A DNA stretch of 20,415 nt from the NCBI GenBank assembly GCA_041686025.1, contig JAWLEP010000043.1, positions 1-20,415 of the forward strand, given 5' to 3'. The DNA is from Candidatus Fermentibacteraceae bacterium. Its GTDB lineage: Bacteria; Fermentibacterota; Fermentibacteria; Fermentibacterales; JCC-6. Below are positions 7,611-16,677 of this stretch, in pieces (position 1 is the first letter of the stretch; each line of letters begins with the position of its first letter). The translations under genes were made by a program, and so were the position numbers. The notes below the pieces were generated by a model. That model saw only the letters and a list, made by a program, of their open reading frames with translations. It ran no database searches and was not told the origin of the DNA.

Positions 7611-7642
7611 CGTATAAACAAATTTGAAGGAGGGCCGCTTCC

Positions 7643-10639
7643 GTGAAGCTCACTGACGTTGCAGTATCCCGACCGGTAGCCGTAACGGTACTCGCAGTGG
7701 TGGCGGCGCTGCTGGGCGCCATTGCCGTATTTCGCATGCCCGTGGACCTCCTGCCCTCCCTGGAGTACCCCCGGCTTACGGTGGAGACCACCTATCCGTC
7801 GTCCAGCCCCTACGAGGTGGAGAGGCTGGTCACCGACCCCCTGGAGGAGTCGCTGGCCGGCATCCGCAACCTCCGCAGCTACACCTCCCGGTCCTACGGC
7901 GACCGCAGCCGCATAGTCCTGGAGTTCGACTGGGGAACCAGGATGGACTTCGCCCGGCTGGAGATCCGCGAGAAGCTGGACGTGGCCAGCTGGTCGCTTC
8001 CCGAGGAGGCCGGCCGGCCCACCCTGGTGGACTACGACCCCTCCAGGCGGCCCTTCATGGAGGTTCTGCTCGCCCGCGAGGGCGACTGGACCGAGACCAC
8101 GGACTTCGCCCGTCGGGTGATCGCCACCAGGATCGAGCAGGCCGACGGCGTGGCCTCCTGCGAGATCGACGGAGAGGCAGAGCCCGCCGTCTACCTGCGG
8201 CTTCGCGACGGAGCGCTGGAGGAGCTGGGCATAAGCCCCACTACGGTGGCCCAGGCGCTGCAGGGGGCCAACGCCACCATGCCCGGCGGCCTGGTGCGCG
8301 AGGGACGCAAGGAGTTCTTCCTCTCCCTGGAGGGGGAGTTCACCTCCCTGGACGACGTGGCCAACACGGTCATCGGCTTCCGCGGCTCCACCCCCATGCT
8401 GCTGGGCGATGTGGCCGAGATCTCCCTCACCGAGAAGCCTCCCACCGAGTGGGCCAGCTACAACGGCAACCGTTGCATCATTCTGCGGATACGCAAGATG
8501 TCCGAGGCCAATACCGTGGAGGTGGCCGCGGATGTGGAGGAGGTCCTGGCGTCGATGCGGCGCGAGCACCCGGACGTGGAGCTGGAGGTCATCCAGAACG
8601 ACGCCCAGTTCATCCGGGAGTCCATCGGCGGCGTGGTGGAGGCCCTCCTTCTTGGCGGCCTTCTGGCCTTCGGCGTGCTCTTCTTCTTCCTGAGGGACTG
8701 GAAGAGCCCGCTGATACTGGGGCTCTCTCTGCCCCTGAGCATTGCCCTGGCCCTGTTCTTCCTGTTCATAACCGGGGTCACCGTGAACATCATGTCCCTG
8801 GGCGGGCTGGCCCTGGGAATCGGCCTTCTGGTGGACAACGCCGTGGTGGTGCTGGAGGCCATCTACCGCCGCCGCGAGCTGGGTGACAGCGCGGAGCAGG
8901 CCGCCCGCTCCGGAACATCGGAGGTGGGCCAGGCCATCGTGGCCAGCACTCTCACTACCATCGTGGTCTTCTTCCCCGTGGTGTACCTGCAGGGCATCTC
9001 CAGCCAGCTCTTCCGCGACCAGGCCCTGGCGGTGGGATCGGCGCTGCTGGCCAGCCTTCTGGTGGCGGTGACGGTGATCCCGTCCATCTCGGCACGTCTG
9101 AAGCGGGCGGCCGGGGGCGGGGACGTCACCGGCGGCGTCAAGGACCGCTACGGCAGGATGATGGGCGGAGTGCTGAGAAGGCGGTGGAGGATCATGGGGG
9201 TGTCGCTGGTCCTTCTGGTCCTGGCCCTGGTGGGGGCCACCAGGCTGCCCATGCAGCTGCTTCCCAGCACTCCGGTGGACCAGCTGGAGATTACGTTCTC
9301 CGCCCCGGAGGGCACCTCCATGCAGCAGCTGGTGGAGCTTTCCGGCCGGGCCGGAAGCCTGGCCGAGGCCTCCGGCGCCCTGTGGCACAGCGCCAGGATA
9401 GGCGTCCGGGCCGAAGAGGGGGTGGACGCCCTTCTCACCGCGGCATACGAGAGCCCGCACGCCGCGGAGTCGGCGGCCCCCGCCATCGCCGGGAGCTGGA
9501 GCCGGGGCTACGACTTCCCGCTGTCGGTGGACAAGCGGGAGACCCTTCTGGGAGAGATACTGGGCGGCGGCAGCGGCTTCACCATCTACATGGAGGGCGA
9601 GCTGGTGGAGACGGACCTGGCGGCGGCCAGGGCCCTCTCGGGGGCGGTGGACAGCCTGCCCGGCGTGGACGGCACCGACATCGAGTACCTTCCCGGGAGG
9701 CCCGAGCTGGTGGTGGAGCCGGACGAGGAGCTGCTCAGCCTGGTGGGCCTGTCGGTGTCCGAGCTGGCCGACTACCTGGAGAGCCTCTCCCGGGGAATTC
9801 CGGCCACCAGCTACTACCGTCAGGACGAGAAGGTGGACGTGATGCTGCTGGCCGGCCAGGGGGAGGGAATCGCCCTGGACCGGCTGCTGGACAGGTCGGT
9901 GCCGGTGGGACAGTCACTGGTGCCCCTGCGCCGGCTGATGAGCGTGACCCGCAGGAGGACGCCGGGGTTCGTGGAGCACTACCAGGGCAACCGCGCGGTC
10001 TCCATGCGGGTGCTCTCCGGGGGCAGCAACATGTCCGGCCTGCTGCGGCAGGTGGAGTTCGCCGCGGACTCCCTGCTGGCGGGGCAGCCGGTGAAGCTTC
10101 GGGCCGGCCCCGAGATCGAGGAGATGGAGCGGACGGTGTCCGACCTGATACTGGCCGGCCTGCTGGCGGTGGGCCTGGTATACGTGCTGCTGGCGGTGCA
10201 GTTCGAGAGCTTCCGGGAGCCCTTCGTGATAATGTTCACCGTTCCCCTGGGCATCATCGGCGTGGTGGCGGCCCTGGCTCTGTTCGGCCAGAGCTGGAAC
10301 GCCCTGTCGGGGATCGGCCTGGTGATACTATCGGGCATCGTGGTCAACGACGGAATCCTGCTGGTGGAGCGGATAGGGCAGCTCCGCAGGAAGGACATGG
10401 GCATCAGGGAGGCCATCGTACAGGCGGGACGTGACCGGTTCCGGCCGGTGATAATGACCACCAGCACCACGGTGCTGGGCCTGCTCCCCATGGCCCTGGG
10501 CTTCGGAACCGGGGCCAGCCTGCGGCAGCCCCTGGCCATCGCCGTCATAGGCGGCATCATCGTGGCCACCGTGCTCACACTGGTGGTGGTGCCGGTGATG
10601 TACCGCATACTCAGCCGCAGCGGGCGGGGCTCCGACTGA
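7643..10639 (+). CDS. RND efflux transporter permease, AcrB/AcrD/AcrF family (998 aa)
   Basis: GTG start with SD. Motifs RPV, PVDLLP, EVERLVTDPLEE, NIMSLGGLALGIGLLVDNAVVVLE, ASTLTTIVVFFP, QFESFREPF, RDRFRPVIMTT and PLAIAVIGG. Typical 12-TM RND layout and length. Confidence 0.95.
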   Translation: MKLTDVAVSRPVAVTVLAVVAALLGAIAVFRMPVDLLPSLEYPRLTVETTYPSSSPYEVERLVTDPLEESLAGIRNLRSYTSRSYGDRSRIVLEFDWGTRMDFARLEIREKLDVASWSLPEEAGRPTLVDYDPSRRPFMEVLLAREGDWTETTDFARRVIATRIEQADGVASCEIDGEAEPAVYLRLRDGALEELGISPTTVAQALQGANATMPGGLVREGRKEFFLSLEGEFTSLDDVANTVIGFRGSTPMLLGDVAEISLTEKPPTEWASYNGNRCIILRIRKMSEANTVEVAADVEEVLASMRREHPDVELEVIQNDAQFIRESIGGVVEALLLGGLLAFGVLFFFLRDWKSPLILGLSLPLSIALALFFLFITGVTVNIMSLGGLALGIGLLVDNAVVVLEAIYRRRELGDSAEQAARSGTSEVGQAIVASTLTTIVVFFPVVYLQGISSQLFRDQALAVGSALLASLLVAVTVIPSISARLKRAAGGGDVTGGVKDRYGRMMGGVLRRRWRIMGVSLVLLVLALVGATRLPMQLLPSTPVDQLEITFSAPEGTSMQQLVELSGRAGSLAEASGALWHSARIGVRAEEGVDALLTAAYESPHAAESAAPAIAGSWSRGYDFPLSVDKRETLLGEILGGGSGFTIYMEGELVETDLAAARALSGAVDSLPGVDGTDIEYLPGRPELVVEPDEELLSLVGLSVSELADYLESLSRGIPATSYYRQDEKVDVMLLAGQGEGIALDRLLDRSVPVGQSLVPLRRLMSVTRRRTPGFVEHYQGNRAVSMRVLSGGSNMSGLLRQVEFAADSLLAGQPVKLRAGPEIEEMERTVSDLILAGLLAVGLVYVLLAVQFESFREPFVIMFTVPLGIIGVVAALALFGQSWNALSGIGLVILSGIVVNDGILLVERIGQLRRKDMGIREAIVQAGRDRFRPVIMTTSTTVLGLLPMALGFGTGASLRQPLAIAVIGGIIVATVLTLVVVPVMYRILSRSGRGSD

Positions 10640-13600
10640 TGATCGAGACCGTGCTCAAAAGGCCCCGGGGCACCGTGGTGGCCTACCTGGCCCTGATAGC
10701 CCTGGCGCTGGTTTCCATCAACCGCATTCCCATCGAGGGAACCCCGGATACCACGCTGCCCTCCCTGAACGTCTCCACCCAGTGGCCGGGGGCGGACCCG
10801 GAGGCGGTCTGCGAGCAGCTCACCAGGCCCATAGAGGAGGCGGCCAAGCTGGTGGAGGGGGTGGAGGAGATATCCTCCAGCTCCCGTTCGGGGCAGTCCG
10901 TGGTGACGGTCTCCTTCGCCAAGGGCACGGACATGGACGTGGCCGCCATGGAGCTCACCGAACGGATATCCTTCCTGCAGGAGGACCTTCCTCCCACCGT
11001 CATGCCCAGCACCATCACCCAGTCCGTTCCCCGGGAGATGGAGAGCGAGGGGTTCCTGGTCTACGCTCTGGCCGGGGCGGAGCCCAGCGTACTCAAGCAG
11101 CTGGCCGACGACGTGGTCATACCCAGGCTGGAGAGGATCGACGGCGTGAGCTCGGTCCTGGTGGAGGGTCTGGGAGAGGGCGAGGTGGTGGTGGACATAG
11201 ACCCCGATGCCATGCGGGCCCAGGGAATCACCCTGGCCCAGGTGGCATCTGCCATTCGCGGCGGAATAGTGGACAGGAACGTGGGCGTGGTAACAGACAC
11301 CACGGGCCTGGAGACGGTGCTCCGCATCTCCACCGTGCCTTACAGCTCCACCCAGCTGGGGGACCTGATACTGACCCAGAGGGAGGGGCGGTTCGTCCGG
11401 CTGCGGGACGTCACCTCCTCCATCAGGCACCGCTACAGCCAGCAGCGCTCCTTCATCTACCGCTACAACGGCCTGGAGCAGGTGACCCTGGAGGTGGACC
11501 GCAGCGCCGGCAGCAACGCCGTCCGGGTGGCCGGCCGGGTGAAGGACGTGGTGGAGGGCCTCTCCGCCGACCTTCCCGAGGGGATACAGCTGGAGCTGGT
11601 TGAGGACGGCACCGAGGGCATACGCGAGGACCTGCGGGGACTTTCCTGGCGGGCCCTGCTGGCCCTGGCCGGCATTACCCTGGTGCTGATACTCCTCAAT
11701 CCCAGTCCCCTGGCCACGCCGCTGATACTCAGCTCCATCGTCATCTCCGCGGCCCTGTCCGTAACCGCCGTTTACCTGGTTGGCTACACCATCAACGTCC
11801 TCACCCTCAGCGCCCTGGCCATCGCCTTCGGCCTGCTGGTGGACGGGGCGGTGGTGGTGATGGAGGCCATCGGCTACAACCGGAGGATAGGCAGGCCGCC
11901 GCTGGAGGCGGCCCGGGTGGGGGCCAAAGAGGTGGCCATGCCCATACTGGGCGGCATTCTCACCACCCTGGTGGTCTTCGTCCCCATACTGGCCAGCGAG
12001 GGTCTTCTCAGGCTCTACTACCGCCCCTTCTCCTTCACCGTGGCGGCCACCCTGCTCTCCTCCTACCTGGTCTGCCTTACCCTGGTGCCCTCCCTGGCCG
12101 GACACTGGAAGTCCAGGGGGTGGTTCCGCCAGAGGGCCTGGGACCGCACGCTGGCCCGCTGGGTCTCCGTCCTCCACCACAAGCCCCTGATTGCCGTGAT
12201 CCTGTCGGTGCTGCTGGTGGGCGGCGCGGTGTACATTCTGGTGGACAAGGTGGAGACCGGCCGCAGCTGGGGCTGGGACTTCACCCGGGAGTCGGTGACG
12301 GTGTTCACCCAGTTCCCCCCGGGCACGCCCCAGGACGTGGTGGACGACGTGATGAAGCAGTTCGAGGAGATACTGGCCGGCAGGGAGGGCGTGAAGTCCA
12401 CCCGCACGTCGGTCTGGGGCGAGAACGGCCATCTCACCGCCATTTTCACCGAGGAGGCCCTGGAGAGCGGTCTGGCCCTGCAGATAGAGGCGGAGGCCAT
12501 GGCCCTGGCCACCACGGTGGGGGGGATCAAGTCCATATGGGTGGGGGGCATAAGCCCCGAAGGCTACTGGAGGAGCACCGAGAGCGCAGGGATGCTGCAG
12601 CAGATAGAGCTGCGGGGCTACGACTACGAAGGGCTGAAGCGCATAGCCATCAACCTCCGGGAGACCATGCAGCGGCATCCCCGGGTGGGGGAGGTCAACA
12701 TCGACTGGAACCGCCGGGTCCTGGACCGTGAGCAGCTCACGGTCACCTTCGACCGCGAGGAGCTGGCGGAGCTGGGCCTGAATCCCTACCAGGTACTGAT
12801 GGCCCTCCGCTACAGCCTTCCCGGCGGTTACGGAGGAGAGATTCAGCTGGGTGAGGAGACCCAGGACCTGACCTTCAGCATCGCCGGACAGGACAACCCC
12901 GAGCTGGAGGAGGTGCTGGCCAGCCGCATAGGGACCTACGACGGCACCATCCGCCTCCGCGACGTTGTGGACATCGACACCACCTCGGTGCAGGGCTCCG
13001 TGGAGCGCGACGACGGAGAGTACATACGAACCGTGGCCTACTCGTTCATGGGCGCGGAGCGGATGGCGGCCCGGTTCCGGAGGAGCATGCTGGACAACCT
13101 CAGCCTGCCCCCGGGATTCCGGGTATACGAGGATACCACCTGGGTGCCCCGCTGGCTCCGCGAGGAGGACGAGATCGACATGAACCTGCTGGTGATCGGC
13201 GCCATTATTGCCGTCTTCGCGGTCACCGCCATCGTATTCGAGTCCTTCAAGGCTCCGCTGTACATTCTGGCGGTGATACCCATGGCCATGGTGGGAGTGG
13301 TGGCCGGCTACTGGGCCTTCGACCGCCTCTTCACCAATCACGCCTACGTGGGAAGCGTCTTCCTGGTGGGCATCGCGGTGAACAACTCCATACTACTGGT
13401 TGACAGCTTCGAGAAGAAGAGAAAGGCCGGCACACATCTGAAGGAGGCCGTGGACAAGGTGGTTGCGGAGAGGCTGCGACCCGTCCTCCAGACCACCGCC
13501 ACCACCGTAGTCGGCCTGCTGCCCCTGGTACTCTGGCCCATGTCCGGCACCGACGACCTCTGGGGGACTCTGGCGTTCACGGTGGTCTGCGGCATGGTGG

Positions 13601-13674
13601 TTTCCACGCCTCTGGTCCTGGTTACCCTGCCGGCGCTGATACAGCTTACAACCCGCAGGAGGGAAGTACAGTGA
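10639..13674 (+). CDS. Second RND efflux transporter permease, AcrB/AcrD/AcrF family (1011 aa)
   Basis: TGATG overlap with the upstream permease. Motifs TRPIEE, INVLTLSALAIAFGLLVDGAVVVME, LTTLVVFVP, FESFKAP, GIAVNNSILLVD and ERLRPVLQTT. Confidence 0.95.
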   Translation: MIETVLKRPRGTVVAYLALIALALVSINRIPIEGTPDTTLPSLNVSTQWPGADPEAVCEQLTRPIEEAAKLVEGVEEISSSSRSGQSVVTVSFAKGTDMDVAAMELTERISFLQEDLPPTVMPSTITQSVPREMESEGFLVYALAGAEPSVLKQLADDVVIPRLERIDGVSSVLVEGLGEGEVVVDIDPDAMRAQGITLAQVASAIRGGIVDRNVGVVTDTTGLETVLRISTVPYSSTQLGDLILTQREGRFVRLRDVTSSIRHRYSQQRSFIYRYNGLEQVTLEVDRSAGSNAVRVAGRVKDVVEGLSADLPEGIQLELVEDGTEGIREDLRGLSWRALLALAGITLVLILLNPSPLATPLILSSIVISAALSVTAVYLVGYTINVLTLSALAIAFGLLVDGAVVVMEAIGYNRRIGRPPLEAARVGAKEVAMPILGGILTTLVVFVPILASEGLLRLYYRPFSFTVAATLLSSYLVCLTLVPSLAGHWKSRGWFRQRAWDRTLARWVSVLHHKPLIAVILSVLLVGGAVYILVDKVETGRSWGWDFTRESVTVFTQFPPGTPQDVVDDVMKQFEEILAGREGVKSTRTSVWGENGHLTAIFTEEALESGLALQIEAEAMALATTVGGIKSIWVGGISPEGYWRSTESAGMLQQIELRGYDYEGLKRIAINLRETMQRHPRVGEVNIDWNRRVLDREQLTVTFDREELAELGLNPYQVLMALRYSLPGGYGGEIQLGEETQDLTFSIAGQDNPELEEVLASRIGTYDGTIRLRDVVDIDTTSVQGSVERDDGEYIRTVAYSFMGAERMAARFRRSMLDNLSLPPGFRVYEDTTWVPRWLREEDEIDMNLLVIGAIIAVFAVTAIVFESFKAPLYILAVIPMAMVGVVAGYWAFDRLFTNHAYVGSVFLVGIAVNNSILLVDSFEKKRKAGTHLKEAVDKVVAERLRPVLQTTATTVVGLLPLVLWPMSGTDDLWGTLAFTVVCGMVVSTPLVLVTLPALIQLTTRRREVQ

Positions 13675-14711
13675 GATCAACCCTTTTCAAGACGTTTCCG
13701 TTGCTGCTGATGGCCGCCGTCCTGGCCTGCGGGTCCGAGGAGGAGGAGCCCGAGCAGGAGAGCCTGGACGCCTCCCCCCTGCCGGTCACCGCGGAGGTGG
13801 CCAGGAGGGACACCCTCTTCCAGGTCATCGAGTCCACCGGCAGGATCGCCTCCTCACGGACCCAGACCCTCACCGCCCAGATCCAGGGCGAGGTGGTGCA
13901 GGCCCCCGATCGCGAGGGGGAGGCGGCAACCAGCGGAGACGTGCTGTTCCGCATAGCCTCGGGAGAGGCTGCTGCCGCCCTTTCGGAGGCGCAGAGCGCC
14001 TACCGGAGCGCCGAGACCGTCTACGAGTTCGAGCTGGAGAACTACCAGGGCGAGCTAACCGACCAGGTGCGCAGGAGCCTTCGCCGGACCACGGGGCTGG
14101 AGGACGCCGCTGCGGCGCTGGCCCGGGCCCGCACCCAGTACGGAAACTCGGCGGTCAGGGCAGGGTTCGACGGAGTGGTCTCCCAGGTGGACGTCCGTCC
14201 CGGCGTCACCGTCTACCCGGGGACCCAATTGGGGAGGATCGTGGACCCGGAGAACCTGGAGGTCCATCTGGACCTGGACGAGAGGCAGCTGGCCAAGTGC
14301 GAGGAGGGCCAGCGGGCCTACGTGACGGTCCCCTCCCTGAACGACACCACCCTTGTTGGATCGGTGAAGTCGGTGTCGCCCACGGTTGACCCCGACCTGA
14401 GGGCCGGACGGGTGGTGGTTGAGCTGGCCGGGATCGGGAAGCTCAGGCCCGGTGCCACGGCCAACACCGAGATAGTGACCGACGTCCATCCCCAGGCCCT
14501 GGTGGTGCCCCAGGACGCTGTGCTGGTGCGCGACGACCGCAACATGGTCTTCGTGGTGGAGGACGGGAAGGCCAAGTGGCAGTACGTAACCACCGGGCCC
14601 TCCGGCCGCGGCCTGGCCTCCATCGAAGAGGGCCTGGAGGAGGGCGACCAGGTGATAACCTCCGGCCACTACTCCCTGGCCCACGAGGCGCCCGTGGCCG
14701 TAGTCAACTAA
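13671..14711 (+). CDS. RND efflux periplasmic adaptor (membrane fusion protein), lipoprotein (346 aa)
   Basis: GTGA overlap and SD AGGAGGG. Lipobox AVLAC-GS. Lipoyl halves flank a helical hairpin (VRAGFDGVV). Motifs LRPGAT, ALVVPQDAV and GLEEGDQVITSG. Confidence 0.93.
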   Translation: MRSTLFKTFPLLLMAAVLACGSEEEEPEQESLDASPLPVTAEVARRDTLFQVIESTGRIASSRTQTLTAQIQGEVVQAPDREGEAATSGDVLFRIASGEAAAALSEAQSAYRSAETVYEFELENYQGELTDQVRRSLRRTTGLEDAAAALARARTQYGNSAVRAGFDGVVSQVDVRPGVTVYPGTQLGRIVDPENLEVHLDLDERQLAKCEEGQRAYVTVPSLNDTTLVGSVKSVSPTVDPDLRAGRVVVELAGIGKLRPGATANTEIVTDVHPQALVVPQDAVLVRDDRNMVFVVEDGKAKWQYVTTGPSGRGLASIEEGLEEGDQVITSGHYSLAHEAPVAVVN

Positions 14712-14890
14712 CGGGGACGGAGTTTAAGTTCATCAAGTTCAGGAAATGTCAGGGACGGAGTTGTAAGTTCATCAAATTCAGTGCGTTAGGCGCCATGTAC
14801 TATTGCAGGCTCTGAATTTGATGAACTTAAACTCCGTCCCATTCTTAGCTAAACGGCCTCTGAACTTGATGAACTTAAACTCCGTCCCCG
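14712..14890. repeat. 179-bp nested inverted-repeat element, four copies of a ~29-bp unit (REPIN/MITE-like)
   Basis: Unit GGGACGGAGTTTAAGTTCATCAA(G/A)TTCAG. Forward copies at 14714-14742 and 14752-14781 (the second has a 1-nt insertion). Inverted copies at 14812-14840 and 14860-14888. The outer pair forms a perfect 31-bp terminal inverted repeat (14712-14742 / 14860-14890). Confidence 0.92.
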
Positions 14891-14894
14891 GTGG

Positions 14895-15935
14895 TTACTG
14901 GCCGAAGCGCTCCAGCTGCTGCAGGTAGAACTCGTTGTCCGGGTCCAGCTCCAGGGCCCGCTCCTCCCACCTGACGGCCTCCTCCCGGTTGCCGTTGATG
15001 AAGTAACAGGTGGCCAGGGTGTCCATGATGTTGGGGTCATCGGGTGAGAGCTCGATGGCCTGCAGGGCCAGCTCCAGGGCCCGCTCCTCGTAGCCGGAGA
15101 CCTCGGTGGCCAGGGTCCAGGCGAAGTTGTTGAGCATGCCGGCGCGCATCTCGGGGTCTTCCTCCTCTGCCAGGAAGTCCTCCATGATCTGCAGCGCCCA
15201 CTCCGTCTCCCGCCGGACCCCCGACTCCAGGTATACCTGCATCATGAAGGTAGGCTCCCACAGGCCGTAGATGCGGGTCAGCTCCCCCACCGGGTCCACG
15301 TGGTCGGCAACCCGGACATCCACCAGTCGCTCCGAGCTTCCCTGGTAGCCGCCTTCGGGGCGGACCACCAGCATGGCGGCCGACTGCCTTCCCCTGCTGT
15401 CGCCGCCGGCGTCGTCTCCGGCCCGCAGGGCGGCCAGGAGCCTCCTGGCCAGGGGGCCCTCGGCGGCCAGGAAGGCGGCCTCCATCTCCTCCACCACCTC
15501 CGGGCCCACCAGTATGTTGCCCTGTATGGCGTAGCCGGGACCGGTGACCCCTCCGGCCCAGTCCAGTGTGCCGGTTCCGGTGAAGCTGGCCGAGCCGCCG
15601 GCCATGTCCACCACGCCCAGCTGCCTCTGCTCGATCTCGGGGTCGGCGGCCCGGAGGCTGTCCAGAACCGCTTCCGCCGGCACGCCGGACTCCAGGAGCT
15701 CCAGGCCCAGCGGGCCGAAGCCGGCATTGGCCAGGGCCTGTGTGGCCACCGCGCCGGCGTCCGCATCGGCCCAGGGGACTATGTAGCCCACCGAGAGCAC
15801 CCTGGACGCCACGGCAACCCCGGCCTCTCCCGCTGCCGTGTCCACGGCGGCGATGGAGAAGGTGGAAGTGCAGATATCCGCCCGGCCCGCCAGGGCGGGT
15901 GCGGCGATGGCCAGCAGAAGCGCGATGTACCTCAT
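14895..15935 (-). CDS. Secreted DUF1028 family (Ntn-hydrolase-like) protein with C-terminal TPR (346 aa)
   Basis: Start moved from 16763 to ATG 15935, an ATGA overlap with the trkA stop. Signal peptide MRYIALLLAIAAPALA. DUF1028 motifs TFSIAAVD, GVAVAS, GAVATQA, RQLGVVD, QGNILVG and GGDSRGRQSAAM. TPR-like tail NNFAWTLA...ALQAIELSPDDPNIMDTLA...ALELDPDN. Confidence 0.88.
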   Translation of the reverse strand: MRYIALLLAIAAPALAGRADICTSTFSIAAVDTAAGEAGVAVASRVLSVGYIVPWADADAGAVATQALANAGFGPLGLELLESGVPAEAVLDSLRAADPEIEQRQLGVVDMAGGSASFTGTGTLDWAGGVTGPGYAIQGNILVGPEVVEEMEAAFLAAEGPLARRLLAALRAGDDAGGDSRGRQSAAMLVVRPEGGYQGSSERLVDVRVADHVDPVGELTRIYGLWEPTFMMQVYLESGVRRETEWALQIMEDFLAEEEDPEMRAGMLNNFAWTLATEVSGYEERALELALQAIELSPDDPNIMDTLATCYFINGNREEAVRWEERALELDPDNEFYLQQLERFGQ

Positions 15936-16663
15936 TCTTCGCCGTCCTTTCGTCCGTGTCGTCCCAGAAGCCGGCTGAGCCTGCCCCCCGGGCTCACGGT
16001 GAGGACCTCCACCAGCCGGTTGATGTCCGAGGGCCTGGCGATGACGAACACGCGGTCGTTCGCCCTGAGTATCCGCTCGCCCCGCGGGATCAGGAAGGTC
16101 TCGTCCTCGTCGCGGTAAATGCCCATGAAGAGACTCTCCTCGGGGAACTTCTCCAGCCGGGCGATGTCGCTGACGCTCTTGCCCACGCAGCCCGCATCGG
16201 GGGGTATGCGCAGGGCGTAGACGTTGGCCGCTCCGCCCCCCAGTGGCATCATCTCCTTCACCCGGGGCTGCTCTATCTCGGTTATGATCCTGTTCAGGAG
16301 GAGGTCGGCCACGCGGACGATGGTGGTGACGCCCGCCAGGCGGTAGGCCTCCTCGTAGCCGGGGTCGCGCATGCGGACCACTATGCGGGGAACGTCCATG
16401 CTCTTGGCCAGGATGGCGGCGGCTATGTTGTCCGAGTCCCTGCGCATCAGGCAGAGAAAGACGTCGGCGCGGTCGATCTTTGCCTCCCGCAGCGTCCGCA
16501 GCTCGGTGGCGTTGCCGTGTACCGTCACCGCCCCGGTCTCGGCGTAGATCATCTCGCAGACCTCCAGGTCGATGTCCACGGCAACCACGTCGTGGTCGTT
16601 CTCTACCAGCCTGTTGGTTATCTCGTGCCCCACCAGGCCCGCCCCGGCCACAATCACAAACAC
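15932..16663 (-). CDS. trkA: Trk/Ktr potassium uptake regulatory subunit, short form with RCK_N and RCK_C (243 aa)
   Basis: Start moved from 17743 to GTG 16663. NAD-binding VIVAGAGLVG, DVVAVDID, HGNAT..TLREAKIDRAD and D.DN. RCK_C motifs VGKSVSDI...IYRD...IPRG..IL..NDRV. Directly downstream of trkH. Confidence 0.9.
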   Translation of the reverse strand: MFVIVAGAGLVGHEITNRLVENDHDVVAVDIDLEVCEMIYAETGAVTVHGNATELRTLREAKIDRADVFLCLMRRDSDNIAAAILAKSMDVPRIVVRMRDPGYEEAYRLAGVTTIVRVADLLLNRIITEIEQPRVKEMMPLGGGAANVYALRIPPDAGCVGKSVSDIARLEKFPEESLFMGIYRDEDETFLIPRGERILRANDRVFVIARPSDINRLVEVLTVSPGGRLSRLLGRHGRKDGEE

Positions 16664-16677
16664 GATGCCCCCGTTCG

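Noticed and set aside
7604..13341. Long antisense ORFs 7604-9460 and 9979-13341
   Set aside because: Shadow frames opposite the RND genes, expected in high-GC coding DNA. No recognisable motifs.
14712..14890. CRISPR array (four ~29-bp repeats)
   Set aside because: Two copies are inverted relative to the others, spacers are irregular (9, 30, 19 nt), and there are no cas genes in the window.
14576..15040. Short ORFs 14576-14815 (+) and 14849-15040 (-) crossing the repeat element
   Set aside because: They are off-frame overlaps of real genes reading into the repeat (FKFIKF repeats), with no SD or domain signal.
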